This document shows positions 1 to 9,252 of a stretch of 45,537 bases of DNA, one piece after another. The notes beneath the pieces were generated by a model. It was not told where the DNA came from. It saw only the letters and a program-made list of their open reading frames with translations, and made no database searches. The position numbers and the translations under genes were made by a program. Origin of the DNA: a virus (Duplodnaviria; Caudoviricetes). The stretch is taken from IMG/VR virus record IMGVR_UViG_3300037478_000050, positions 1 through 45,537 of that record; one strand, 5' to 3'. How positions within the stretch are numbered: position 1 is the first letter of the stretch; every line of letters begins with the position of its first letter.

Positions 1-391
1 CGCTGGAAATGCGCTGGATGGCCTGCAGCGAATTGACGTAGAACGAAAAGTACGTCGAATCCGCGACCCACAGATCAGGCTTGTCGCTTCCGCGAACGAG
101 GGACAGAGCCAGCGTCGTCATGTACTGTTGGATGTTCGCCGCGCTTACAGCCGCGCCGCCATCCGTCGCTCCGCTATAGCTCTGCGACTGCCAGAACGTC
201 CAAGTTGCCCGGTCGATACCGCCGTAAGTGCCGCTCGTGGGCGTGTCTGGTACTGCGAGGGCGAGCCCCGTGAGGTTCTTGCCGCTATTGCCGGTGCCGT
301 CCTGATAGCAGTCGTAGTCGATGCGGTTGGCGAGTTGCGCCTCCGCAACCTTCATACGACCTTCCATCAGGTCGATGATGGCTTCCTTGCT
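1..391. repeat. Terminal direct repeat / circular assembly overlap, copy 1
   Basis: Aligns without gaps to 45147-45537. The first 127 nt are identical, then 13 substitutions at 128, 149, 166, 167, 176, 218, 248, 263, 266, 272, 275, 341 and 359. Confidence 0.95.
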
Positions 392-715
392 GCTGTTTTG
401 CAGCATTTCGAGGCCGGACATCGTGACGGAACCTGCGTACTGCGTGATGCTGAACTGCGCGGCGCTGATCGGGCTGTTCTGTCCGACGTTGATCGTTTCG
501 TAACCGCTGTAAGAATTGGTCGTGATGCTCGCGGCATCGGTATACATGATCTCTTCGAGAATCACGTTACCGCCGCCGAACGGACGAACGTTTCCCTTTG
601 CCTTGAGCTTACGCAGCAGGGCATTATTGTTCGTCACGTTATCGGCCAGTTCGCCGCTACGGTTTTGAATCGTAGTAGCGATGATGTCCGAGATTGAGCT
701 ATTGGCGAATGCCAT
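1..715 (-). CDS. Major capsid protein, N-terminal part (continues across the junction to 44830; about 343 aa in total)
   Basis: ATG at 715 with AGGAGA RBS. Reads MAFANSSISDIIATTIQNRSGELADNVTNNNALLRKLK...; in frame with 44830..45146 after removing the overlap. Follows the scaffold gene and resembles phage major capsid proteins. Confidence 0.88.
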   Translation of the reverse strand, partial: MAFANSSISDIIATTIQNRSGELADNVTNNNALLRKLKAKGNVRPFGGGNVILEEIMYTDAASITTNSYSGYETINVGQNSPISAAQFSITQYAGSVTMSGLEMLQNSSKEAIIDLMEGRMKVAEAQLANRIDYDCYQDGTGNSGKNLTGLALAVPDTPTSGTYGGIDRATWTFWQSQSYSGATDGGAAVSAANIQQYMTTLALSLVRGSDKPDLWVADSTYFSFYVNSLQAIQRISS

Positions 716-741
716 ATATCTCTCCTGTTCCTTTCAGGCGT

Positions 742-1920
742 CTATACCCTGGCTCCACCTACTACGGAGTCGAAAGCCGACTCCAAGTTGGAGCGCAGAC
801 CTTTGGGCTTGTCTTCGGAGCCGGGTCCGCTCGGTGTGGCCGATTGGGGGCTTACCGCTTTGCCCTTCGCCTTCAGGACTCGTTGAGCTTCGGCTGCCTT
901 ACGCTGTTCCTCCTGTGCGGCGCGGTCCTGTTGTTGGATCGCGTTCCACAGATCAGAATGGCGTGGATGCCTTAGCGCGGCCTGATAGGCGCTTTCGAGG
1001 TCTTCGGCAAGGTTCGCCTGGAGGAGTCCAGACATGGTTTCGCGTAGTTCCTCATAGTGCGGGTGCTTCTCTGCATCTGCGGCAAACCGCTGTAGTTCGC
1101 GGTCTGCGTCTACCTGAACGAATTGCTCCTGAAACAGCCGCTCTGCATCGGCGCGCGTAAGCATCGCTTGCTGCGGCGGCAGTTGCAATGGTTGTTGAAA
1201 CTGGCCCTGCTGCAAATACTGCTGCTGGGCGTTCTGATCGAATAGCGCCTGCACGGGCACGCCGTAGGCGCGTAGCACCGTGTTAAGTGTCTGGAGCTTC
1301 TGCGCAGGCGTGCCGAGGGCAAGCATCCGGTGAACGTGCCCTAGTTCCGTGATCCAGCGCGTAGGCTCGATGTTGTGCTGCTTCAGTTCAGGAATGAACT
1401 GCTGCATCGCCTCCATGAGAGGCTTCGATGCTTCGGCTTCGGCCTTGTAGGTAGATACGCCGCTCGCGTATTGAGACTCACGCGTGTGCAGGTACTCGGC
1501 TAACGCAGGGTCGAGCTTGTCCCAGTGCTCCCAGTATTCCTTCTTCCAGCTTGAGGGCCGCGCTGGGCGCGGCTTGGCAGGTAAGGTCGGTGCCTGTGGT
1601 AGCGCGGCTTCAGCCTGCGGGCTTCCTGGAGCAGGGGCTTTGTGAATCTTCGCTGCTGAAGGGATTGGCTCTTTAGCAGGCGCGTCCTCCTTCTGGATAA
1701 ATTTTCCATCTGGGCCGCGTGGGCGGTCGTCATCTGCGATAGTGGCCGCTGGCTTAGCTGCGGCAGGCTTAGGCGCTTCTGCGATCTTGGAAGAGGGCGG
1801 AGAGGCAGGCGCAGGCGTATCAGCGACAGGCGTAGCAGGCGCAGCGGTGTCCTCCTTCGCATCCACGGTCGTAATCTTGTCGAAATTCGCTGCCAATTGA
1901 TCCCGAAGTGATTCGGCCAT
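742..1920 (-). CDS. Capsid scaffolding protein (putative)
   Basis: 392 aa with a Pro/Ala low-complexity N-terminus, an RGPDGKF motif and a helical C-terminus; immediately upstream of the capsid gene; GAGAGGA RBS. Confidence 0.7.
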   Translation of the reverse strand: MAESLRDQLAANFDKITTVDAKEDTAAPATPVADTPAPASPPSSKIAEAPKPAAAKPAATIADDDRPRGPDGKFIQKEDAPAKEPIPSAAKIHKAPAPGSPQAEAALPQAPTLPAKPRPARPSSWKKEYWEHWDKLDPALAEYLHTRESQYASGVSTYKAEAEASKPLMEAMQQFIPELKQHNIEPTRWITELGHVHRMLALGTPAQKLQTLNTVLRAYGVPVQALFDQNAQQQYLQQGQFQQPLQLPPQQAMLTRADAERLFQEQFVQVDADRELQRFAADAEKHPHYEELRETMSGLLQANLAEDLESAYQAALRHPRHSDLWNAIQQQDRAAQEEQRKAAEAQRVLKAKGKAVSPQSATPSGPGSEDKPKGLRSNLESAFDSVVGGARV

Positions 1921-1951
1921 ATCGTCCTCTCGTCCGTTTACGTTAGCTACT

Positions 1952-2320
1952 CTATGCGCTCAGGAATCCGGCCCAGCGCGTTGAAGTGAACTTGCGCAGC
2001 ACCACTGCGGTATTCGTCGCCAGCAGGAAACCAGTCCCAGCCGATAGAGCATTGATGCGATTGCCTGTGGCATCCGGGTATACCGTCACTGCATTTGCTC
2101 CGAGATTCAAAATCTCAATGCTGTCGCCAATCTGTACCCTTGGCAGTTGCACGCCGCTCGATGCCGCAGCGGTCGTTACCACGTTGATGCTGGCCGTGAG
2201 ATCGGTAGCATCGCTGATGGCCGTACCCGCAGCCGAGACGGCGCTTTGCACTTGCCCACCGATGCCTTGAGCTTGCCCTGCAGAAAATCCGGCCTTTACT
2301 AGGTCTAATGCGAGTGCCAT
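1952..2320 (-). CDS. Small virion-associated protein, paralog of 2664..3026
   Basis: 122 aa, Ala/Thr/Gly-rich, GGAG RBS; shares GANA.TVYP...INAL.A..G.LLATNTA...W.G.LSA with 2664..3026. Confidence 0.65.
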   Translation of the reverse strand: MALALDLVKAGFSAGQAQGIGGQVQSAVSAAGTAISDATDLTASINVVTTAAASSGVQLPRVQIGDSIEILNLGANAVTVYPDATGNRINALSAGTGFLLATNTAVVLRKFTSTRWAGFLSA

Positions 2321-2329
2321 GGCGATCTC

Positions 2330-2671
2330 CTATTTTTCGCGTGAGTTCCATTTGACGCGCTCTGCGTCGCGCCGTAGGGCGCGCTTGAATTCCGCTTGGC
2401 TCATGGCGTCGATCTGAGAGCGGATAAGTTCCTTGCGTTGCGGCGACTCGAAATCAGGTCGCTTCGCCTGCAAGTATTTCGTCTCGTTCCCTACCTCTAC
2501 GCAGCCGTGCACCTTCAGGTGCTCCCGGTGCTGCGAGCGCGAGGTAATCATCTCGCCGGTAATCATCGACTTGTACGGCTTGATGTCAGGTATGACGACG
2601 ACGCCCTCCGGTAGCGGCTCGTGGCCGCGCTCGTAGAGCACGCCATTGATCTGCACATAGCGTTTACGCAC
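2330..2671 (-). CDS. Hypothetical phage protein (head module)
   Basis: 113 aa in the tightly packed late operon; PDI.PY.S.I.GEMITSRSQHREHLK.HGC.EVGNE motif typical of a conserved small phage protein. Confidence 0.65.
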   Translation of the reverse strand: MRKRYVQINGVLYERGHEPLPEGVVVIPDIKPYKSMITGEMITSRSQHREHLKVHGCVEVGNETKYLQAKRPDFESPQRKELIRSQIDAMSQAEFKRALRRDAERVKWNSREK

Positions 2672-3026
2672 TGAGTACCCCCGTCCACAGCGTTGTCGTG
2701 ATGCAGTAGAACTGGCATGCCGTATTCGTCGCCAACAGCATCCCGTTATTCGCCCCGAGCGCGTTGATCTGCGCCCCGCTCGGCGGGTACACGGTCAAGG
2801 CGTTCGCACCGCCGTTATAGATCATTTGCGTATCCCCCGGCGCAGCATCCGAGTCCAAAATCGCGCCTGTACCCGACGCCACAGTGGTAAAGGCGTTTTT
2901 GGCGAACGTGACTTCATAGGCATCGGTTTCATCTGTTCCGGTCGCCGTCAAGCCGGTCGCAACGTCCTTCATCGCCTCGACCGAGAGCGTGTTCAGGCCG
3001 GATGCAAATAGTTTGTAGGCCAACAC
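2664..3026 (-). CDS. Small virion-associated protein, paralog of 1952..2320
   Basis: 120 aa; GTG start directly abuts the portal stop; clear similarity to 1952..2320. Confidence 0.65.
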   Translation of the reverse strand: MLAYKLFASGLNTLSVEAMKDVATGLTATGTDETDAYEVTFAKNAFTTVASGTGAILDSDAAPGDTQMIYNGGANALTVYPPSGAQINALGANNGMLLATNTACQFYCITTTLWTGVLSA

Positions 3027-5051
3027 TCACTGTTTCCTCGCTGGCGGTTTGGGCATCATCGCCTGCTGCATCTTCTGCTGATGCTGCGCCTGCATCTGCT
3101 GGGCCTTCATCTGCCCGGATTGCTGCTGCATCGCCATGTCTTGCTGCTGCATCGCGCCGTCGATCTGCATCTGGCGCATGTCGTGCTGCTCCTCCATCTG
3201 CATGCGACGCTCGTCAATCTGCGCCTTTTGCTGCTCTACCTGAACGCCCATCTGTGCCTTTTGCACTTCGGCTTGTGCCTTCGCCTTCTCGGCCTCTACC
3301 TTCGGATCAGGCGGGCGCGGTTGCTGTGCCTGCTGCTTCATCTGCTCAAGGGCTTGGTCTATCGTGCCCTCTACCGACTTTCCGACCTTGAAGCCGGTCA
3401 CGCCGAACTTGAGCAATTCCATCAGCAGGGGAACCAGCATCGGGGCCATCGCGCCGACCTCTGCGGCCTTTCCGATGTAGGTTCCTACCGCAGTCAGGAA
3501 CTCGACCCGATCCTGCTTCTCGGCCTGCTCGTCGATCTGCACCATCGAGTCGGCAGCGATGTCGATGCGGAAATTGCGCAATGGCTTATTGGCGAGCATC
3601 TGCAGCGCAGGCATGATGTATTGCTTATCGGCATCGGCGAGCTGATCCACCGACGCTATCTGCATCAAGGTCTGAGGATCGAAGCCGGAAACGATCTGCG
3701 CCTTCAGCCGCAGTAACTCAGTAGCGTACTGCGCCACGTCCTGCTGCAATGCTTTGAGACGCAGCGACGCATATTGCCCCTTCAAATTCTGCGCCGTCGC
3801 TGTTTCTGCTGCATCGGTCTGCCCTCTAATGATGTCAGAGATGCCGGTAATCTCGTACACTTGGTTCTTGATCTGTTCCATCGCGGTATAGGCTTCTTTC
3901 AGCGCGTCCGCTATGGGTTTCAAATCTACTAGATCAATCGCACCCTTCAGCCCGTTCTTCTCGGCAAACGCCTGCCAGTTCTTGATGGGCCGCAAATCAG
4001 TATTGCCAGCGTCCGAGAACAACCTAGCGATCTCCACGCCCTGCGATGCGTCATAGACCCCGCGAACCTGCAGCGCCTTCAGCAATCCGTCGATCTTGTC
4101 CGAACAAATATCCAGCTCGTTCGCCTGATCCTGATACAGCGTGAAATCCGGCACCGGGATCAGCGATTCGTTCGTCATCGTCGCAAAGAGCGGCTTCGGG
4201 CAGGGGAAGAAATCCTCCAGCCCCAGCGGATCATCCTTGCGGTCAAGCAAGTCCTTCTGCGACTTCGAGAGCCACAGCGCCTCCTCATTCTCCTTGTCCC
4301 AAATCTCGTAGACGCAAGCGCGCTTTTGCTCGTCAAGCTCCGGATTAGCCTTCTCCGAGCGTTTCATGTCCTCTGGCGTGGCGTCCAGCGGAATGGCCTC
4401 GCCCTTTTTCTTTCCGAAGCGCGCAACGCAGGCATCGCGCGTCATGTAGACCTTGCGCCAGACGGCGGTCACTTCCTCCCAGGTGCGCGCTACCGTGTGC
4501 CCAAAATCCTTCCAGTGGACGTAATCGACAGGCGCGCATTCGTAGTCAAGCTGCTCGTCTTCGTCGATGTCCTCCGTTACCTGCGAGCCCTGCGGGCTCT
4601 GATCGCCCTCCGGCCCGCTCTGCTCGGCCCCGGCCTTGATGTGCGGCTCGTAGCGCGCCCATGACGTGCCGCGACCGCCTAGAAAACGGTCGGTAACGCT
4701 CTGCTTCATCGTCGCCCTGTAGTCGCGGTAGTGCTGTACCTCGAAATCCAGGGCGCGCTCAAGGATCATCGCAGCCACGCGGCCCACGGGATCGCGGTCT
4801 GAGAAACGGCGTGAGACATCCGGTTGTGGTAGGCGCGCGAAGGTAGCGGGCACCAGCGTCTGCACGTTCGCCCACAGGATGTTGAAGCGGCTCGTGGGAT
4901 TGTCGCTCGAATCCGTGCGCTTTTCGTCGCGGTAACGTTTGAGAATCTTCTCGACGCGATTCTCCCACGGCTTATATTCCGTCTCGTAGCTCTTGATGAT
5001 TCCGAGCCATTTCTGGACTTCGTTGGATTGGGGCTTATCGCGCTTGGCCAT
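3027..5051 (-). CDS. Portal protein
   Basis: 674 aa downstream of the terminase; FNILWANVQTL.PA..ARLPQPDVSRRF and YEITGISDIIRG motifs; Gln/Met-rich C-terminal coiled coil as in podovirus-type portals. Confidence 0.85.
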   Translation of the reverse strand: MAKRDKPQSNEVQKWLGIIKSYETEYKPWENRVEKILKRYRDEKRTDSSDNPTSRFNILWANVQTLVPATFARLPQPDVSRRFSDRDPVGRVAAMILERALDFEVQHYRDYRATMKQSVTDRFLGGRGTSWARYEPHIKAGAEQSGPEGDQSPQGSQVTEDIDEDEQLDYECAPVDYVHWKDFGHTVARTWEEVTAVWRKVYMTRDACVARFGKKKGEAIPLDATPEDMKRSEKANPELDEQKRACVYEIWDKENEEALWLSKSQKDLLDRKDDPLGLEDFFPCPKPLFATMTNESLIPVPDFTLYQDQANELDICSDKIDGLLKALQVRGVYDASQGVEIARLFSDAGNTDLRPIKNWQAFAEKNGLKGAIDLVDLKPIADALKEAYTAMEQIKNQVYEITGISDIIRGQTDAAETATAQNLKGQYASLRLKALQQDVAQYATELLRLKAQIVSGFDPQTLMQIASVDQLADADKQYIMPALQMLANKPLRNFRIDIAADSMVQIDEQAEKQDRVEFLTAVGTYIGKAAEVGAMAPMLVPLLMELLKFGVTGFKVGKSVEGTIDQALEQMKQQAQQPRPPDPKVEAEKAKAQAEVQKAQMGVQVEQQKAQIDERRMQMEEQHDMRQMQIDGAMQQQDMAMQQQSGQMKAQQMQAQHQQKMQQAMMPKPPARKQ

Positions 5052-5055
5052 GGCG

Positions 5056-6657
5056 TTAGGTCGTGATTACCTGCAACTCGCCATCAGGCAACTGGCTCGT
5101 CCAAATCCGCACGTTTTTGATGGTGCCGAACCAATTATTACCACCAGCAGTATTAGAGCCAATAGCAAGAGCGGTGCTAGGCATAGTCCCATCGAAAGTG
5201 CCGGTGGAGACGGTTAATCCATCCCCAGTAATTACTAGGCCAACATCACCCCAAGAACCGACTATTTTCCTGGTGCCGGTAGAAAATTGTGATAGTCCGG
5301 TTTTTGATACGGTGTTTGTTCCGTCATTGATTGCTAATGCAGTATCTGCACCACCGTTGCCTCTGAAAAACAAAGAATTAACTCCAGTGTCCAACCCTAT
5401 CGGGATCACATTACCAGAGGCAGCTGTCCACTCCGTCCCCAACTCCGCATAGCACGTCCCCGCCGTCGCGCTCGCATTCCCAGCGAAATCATAGGTCAGC
5501 ACGTCGGTGTTGCGTACCACTGCGGCGGTAGTCGTCGGAATGTAGGAGGAGGCGAAGGAAACGTTGTTCTCGAACTGAGCGCCCCAAGCGTAGATACCGC
5601 TTGTGCCGTTGCCTTCGTAATTATCTGAATTGTCAGCACTGGCAATCATTACCCGGATCAATAAAGCGGTTGCTGCGTTGCCAACACTGCCTACCACAAT
5701 GCAGCGATACCAGCCATTTGGGTATGCAGTTATAGTAGATGAAACGCGCGCTGCGGTTCCGGCTTGGGTACCAGTGCCAAGAGCACCATTACCTAAATCG
5801 TAGTATTGGGAAAAGTTATTTGCCACAGCGGCGGCCTCGTGCACAAGAAGTTTCGCCCATGTTCTTTCTGCGGCCTTAAAGAACACCGACACAGTGTAAT
5901 TTACGTCTGCCGTTCCGGTGATGGCTTGAGACATGAAGTGTGTGTTTGTGTCTGTGTTCTCTATCAACTTATCAGCCGTCGCCGCCCCATCGGGACTGCT
6001 GGTTTGGTTTATAGAATCGCTTGCACGATTCTCGCTCCAAGTCGTCGCAAAGTCCTCGCTCTGCAAGCACAGATTCGTCCTCGCCCCCTCGGCGAGATAC
6101 CCGCCATACACCAGCGTAGTCGGGTCGTACCACGAGCGCGCGGTGCCAGAAGCTACACTCACGATGGTTCCAGCAGAATTCACCGTCGTCGCCGTAGTCG
6201 CCCGCGTGAACGTGGGATCGCCCTGCCCGAGCTTGAGCACCAAATCAACCTCGCCAGCGCCCAAGTCATCCAGCGGTAGCATGAACGAGAGCAGGTTGAC
6301 GTAAATCCGCGAGTCGTCCGTAAGCGCAACACCAGCCAAGTGAAAATCTGTGACGTTATCCTCTGTCGTAATGCACGCCTGCCCATCGTCGGTCATGGCA
6401 ATGCCCTGATTAATCGACGTGCTAGCAGGCAACCCGGCAGTTGTATCTGAAATACGCAGTATTCCGGTGGCTGTGTACCGGAACCCGCCGTTAAACACGT
6501 CGCTCGCTACAACAGCATCCGTCGTAGCAAACGCCGCTTCCCCGCTCGTCATGTACGCCTGGCCAGCAATCGAAGCCGCCCCCGGCGAGTCAGCAATCGC
6601 CTGCGTCGTCAGCGTGACGCGGCCAGTGCTATCGAGGATGAATTGGCGAAAACTCAT
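5056..6657 (-). CDS. Virion fibre/spike-like protein with lectin-like (LamG/ConA-type) domains
   Basis: 533 aa; FTRATTAT, YLAEGARTNL, NGWYRC, WGAQFE and ASSYIPTT motifs seen in phage head-fibre/spike proteins. Confidence 0.65.
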   Translation of the reverse strand: MSFRQFILDSTGRVTLTTQAIADSPGAASIAGQAYMTSGEAAFATTDAVVASDVFNGGFRYTATGILRISDTTAGLPASTSINQGIAMTDDGQACITTEDNVTDFHLAGVALTDDSRIYVNLLSFMLPLDDLGAGEVDLVLKLGQGDPTFTRATTATTVNSAGTIVSVASGTARSWYDPTTLVYGGYLAEGARTNLCLQSEDFATTWSENRASDSINQTSSPDGAATADKLIENTDTNTHFMSQAITGTADVNYTVSVFFKAAERTWAKLLVHEAAAVANNFSQYYDLGNGALGTGTQAGTAARVSSTITAYPNGWYRCIVVGSVGNAATALLIRVMIASADNSDNYEGNGTSGIYAWGAQFENNVSFASSYIPTTTAAVVRNTDVLTYDFAGNASATAGTCYAELGTEWTAASGNVIPIGLDTGVNSLFFRGNGGADTALAINDGTNTVSKTGLSQFSTGTRKIVGSWGDVGLVITGDGLTVSTGTFDGTMPSTALAIGSNTAGGNNWFGTIKNVRIWTSQLPDGELQVITT

Positions 6658-6661
6658 TGCC

Positions 6662-7348
6662 CTATCTTCCTGTCTTCAGCAGCATTGAAAGGTAGTCAGG
6701 CTTGACGAGATTTTCCGTAAGCAATTCCCCTTGCTCGCGCCATTTCGCGCCTTCAGTGTTCCAAGCCGCAGTCTTGACTACATCAAGCCCAACAGCAGAA
6801 ACAAGCGCATTGATATCTTCTGGTGCATAAACCTTGTGCATCGTCCCTAAAACTCTTGTGTGCTTGCATTCGGCGGCAGGCCCAAAATTAATAGCGCAGA
6901 ATCCTCCAGGCTTTAGCACGCGCTTGATCTCTAAAAGCATCGACATGTCGCCATTGTGATTTATCGGATCACCGTATCTTCCCAGGCCAACATGGCATAT
7001 CACGCAGGAAGTCGATACCGCATCGAACGTGGCATCCGCTAGCGGCATCGCGCAAGCATCCCCATAAATGTAATTTATTTTTACCGGAGGCTCGCGCACA
7101 TCCAGATAAGTCACTTGCCAGCCATTCCCCATAAGCTGTAACGCCTCAAAGATCGGCGACCCAATCACCAAGCACGAGCGCCCGTTACCATCGCCAAGTT
7201 CCTTGATGGCGAAATCAGCGCAGGCATTGTAAAAATGCTCGCCGTTACGCTTCACTTGCCAAGGCTCTTCAGGCGTGAACGTTGATAGCACTCCAGGCCC
7301 GTTAGGTATGAGGTTGTGCTTGATAATGAGGCGCTCTGTGCAATTCAC
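6662..7348 (-). CDS. Class I SAM-dependent methyltransferase (DUF268-like)
   Basis: GDACAMPLADATFDAV..CVICHVGLGRYGDP...EIKRVLKPGG; visibly more AT-rich than its neighbours. Confidence 0.8.
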   Translation of the reverse strand: MNCTERLIIKHNLIPNGPGVLSTFTPEEPWQVKRNGEHFYNACADFAIKELGDGNGRSCLVIGSPIFEALQLMGNGWQVTYLDVREPPVKINYIYGDACAMPLADATFDAVSTSCVICHVGLGRYGDPINHNGDMSMLLEIKRVLKPGGFCAINFGPAAECKHTRVLGTMHKVYAPEDINALVSAVGLDVVKTAAWNTEGAKWREQGELLTENLVKPDYLSMLLKTGR

Positions 7349-8727
7349 TAGATGCGCGCCCTGCGGTTAACGCTGCGGTCATGAATCTTCCACATATCGT
7401 CCACCGTCAGCGTGTTCTCTGGCCCGACCATCAGCGTCCTTACCTTCGGCTTTTCCTGCTTCACGATCACCCGCTCCTGCATGATCTTCGCGCCCTCACA
7501 GAACGCATCCGCCGCATCGCACGACCAGTCCTGCATCGGCTCCTTCGAGTATTGCTTCCGCTCGTCATCGTACTCATACGCCCAGCTCCGCAGCGCCGCG
7601 AGCCCGCTAGCACACCGCGTCCGGTGAAACTTGCATCTCCTCAGCACAACCTGCCCAGCATTGATAGCGTGGCCCTTCATCTTCGATTGCGGCACGACGC
7701 CGACAATCCCTTTGCCATTCGTGTCGAAGTGCTGCACGAACTGCTCTACCGCGCTATGACGCGCCGAGAACGTCTTCGCCCGTGCATCATGCGGAAGCCA
7801 GATACGGCCAAGGCGCTTGCCAGCAAGGCGCTCCTCTAATCGCGCTATCCACTCCTGCGCATCAAGCCCCGCGTCCTCGTCGTAGTCAACCAGCGTAAAT
7901 CCATCTGTCTGCGGCTGCCAGAACCACCACGCTGAGATATGCCTGCGCCCGATGTCCGATGAAATCTCAATCGCCGCACCTTCAGGGTCATATTCAACCT
8001 CGTCCGTGATCCGACCTTCCTTCTCCGCAGCCTCGACGTAGCGCCCAAGGATCGCGCCAACGTTCGCAGCAGACCAGTCGCACTCGTACTCCTGCCGGTA
8101 GAGCTCGTCCGGCATCGTGCGTCGCTCCTCGTCCAGCACGCTTTCTGGCATCACGCGCGTATCGGCAACGGTCAGCAGGCTGCAGTACCAGTCGTTGCTA
8201 GCCTTCGCGTACTGATAGATTTCGTGCGCGTGGTTATATCCGCGCGGTGTCGTGATAATCAGTTCGCTGCCGTTATTCATCGCAAGCGCAGGCCTCAAGA
8301 AATTACGAGCCTGCGGTGCACCGAGCGCGAACTCCGACCAAGTGATGTGCTTCGGGAACGCACCGACCAGCGAATCATAGTTGTCCGCACCGACCGGCTG
8401 CCAGATCGAGCCATTCGGCAGGATCACCTTCATCTCATGATCCAGGTGCTTGCAGATCGGCCTCGGAAATGCCCACTCAACGAGTCGTTGCCCATCCGGC
8501 ATGATCGCGTCCCAGATGACCTTGCGCGCCTCCTCGTACTTCGGCAGCGCGTGCCAATAGAGGCCGACGTTCTCGAAGGCCAGCTCGGACTCGATGAACG
8601 TTGCGGTGCGGTCCTTACCGGCCTTGCGGTGCCAGATCGCGCAGGCTTTCTTGCCGCCGCCACGGAAGAAGTTGATTAAATCCTGCTGATAGGGGCGCGC
8701 TACGAAACGGATGTTGATCTCAGCCAC
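7348..8727 (-). CDS. terL: Terminase large subunit
   Basis: Walker A-like WHRKAGKD, Walker B-like ITWSEF, IITTP.G.N, YRQEYEC.W and nuclease-domain SDIG / LPHDA / DAADAF. GTG start at 8727 overlaps the upstream stop (the ORF track extends to 8763). Confidence 0.92.
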   Translation of the reverse strand: MAEINIRFVARPYQQDLINFFRGGGKKACAIWHRKAGKDRTATFIESELAFENVGLYWHALPKYEEARKVIWDAIMPDGQRLVEWAFPRPICKHLDHEMKVILPNGSIWQPVGADNYDSLVGAFPKHITWSEFALGAPQARNFLRPALAMNNGSELIITTPRGYNHAHEIYQYAKASNDWYCSLLTVADTRVMPESVLDEERRTMPDELYRQEYECDWSAANVGAILGRYVEAAEKEGRITDEVEYDPEGAAIEISSDIGRRHISAWWFWQPQTDGFTLVDYDEDAGLDAQEWIARLEERLAGKRLGRIWLPHDARAKTFSARHSAVEQFVQHFDTNGKGIVGVVPQSKMKGHAINAGQVVLRRCKFHRTRCASGLAALRSWAYEYDDERKQYSKEPMQDWSCDAADAFCEGAKIMQERVIVKQEKPKVRTLMVGPENTLTVDDMWKIHDRSVNRRARI

Positions 8728-8914
8728 GCACACCACCGGGCGGTGGATACTTAGCTGGCTCACGCCGCTTCAGTCCATTTGCAAGCGCCTTTCTCTTGTC
8801 GGCCGCAGCGAAATCGCGCCCCACGCTCTGCGGAACGTTAACCTTGCGCGCAAAGCCAATGTTGTGCGCAACCGCGCGCATGAATGCGGCTTGCTTAGGC
8901 GATGTGCTTGGCAT
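8720..8914 (-). CDS. Small basic conserved phage protein
   Basis: MPSTSPKQAAFMRAVAHN..FARKV.VPQSVGRDF; translationally coupled to both neighbours. Confidence 0.7.
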   Translation of the reverse strand: MPSTSPKQAAFMRAVAHNIGFARKVNVPQSVGRDFAAADKRKALANGLKRREPAKYPPPGGVRG

Positions 8915-9225
8915 CAGTCATCACGATATTTACTGGGGTCGTCGAATTCGACGATTGGAGTTACCGTCACCGTCTTACCGTCCTCGCTCAGCGTTGCGCG
9001 TCCGAGCACCGCTAGCACAGCGACATTGCCGATCACTTGCCAGCCGCGCGCCTCGTCACCCGGCCACTCGCCGATGCGGATCAGCTCGCCCTTGATCTTC
9101 GCTGGATCGAGCACGACCTGATGCACGACACCAGGGGCTTGATGACGCAATTGCACTACGCAGCACACCGCGTAGTCGTGGAGTGAAAAAAATTCCGCTG
9201 CGTCAGTGGGGGAGGAGTGAGCCAA
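8914..9225 (-). CDS. Hypothetical protein
   Basis: 103 aa filling the gap between terS and the 8914 ORF; its stop overlaps the next ATG; start uncertain. Confidence 0.55.
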   Translation of the reverse strand: MAHSSPTDAAEFFSLHDYAVCCVVQLRHQAPGVVHQVVLDPAKIKGELIRIGEWPGDEARGWQVIGNVAVLAVLGRATLSEDGKTVTVTPIVEFDDPSKYRDD

Positions 9226-9252
9226 CGTCAGCGGAATGGAAAGGCCAGCAAG

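Noticed and set aside
1-391. Terminal repeat as a DGR template/variable repeat pair or a true physical terminal repeat
   Set aside because: The mismatches are almost all synonymous third positions rather than adenine-specific, and no reverse transcriptase is present. Physical terminal repeats would be identical.
128-1160. Plus-strand ORFs 128..697 and 681..1160
   Set aside because: Antisense shadows of the capsid and scaffold genes, with no RBS or recognisable motifs.
3040-3360. CTG/CAT-rich quasi-repeats
   Set aside because: Explained by the Gln/Met-rich coiled-coil tail of the portal protein.
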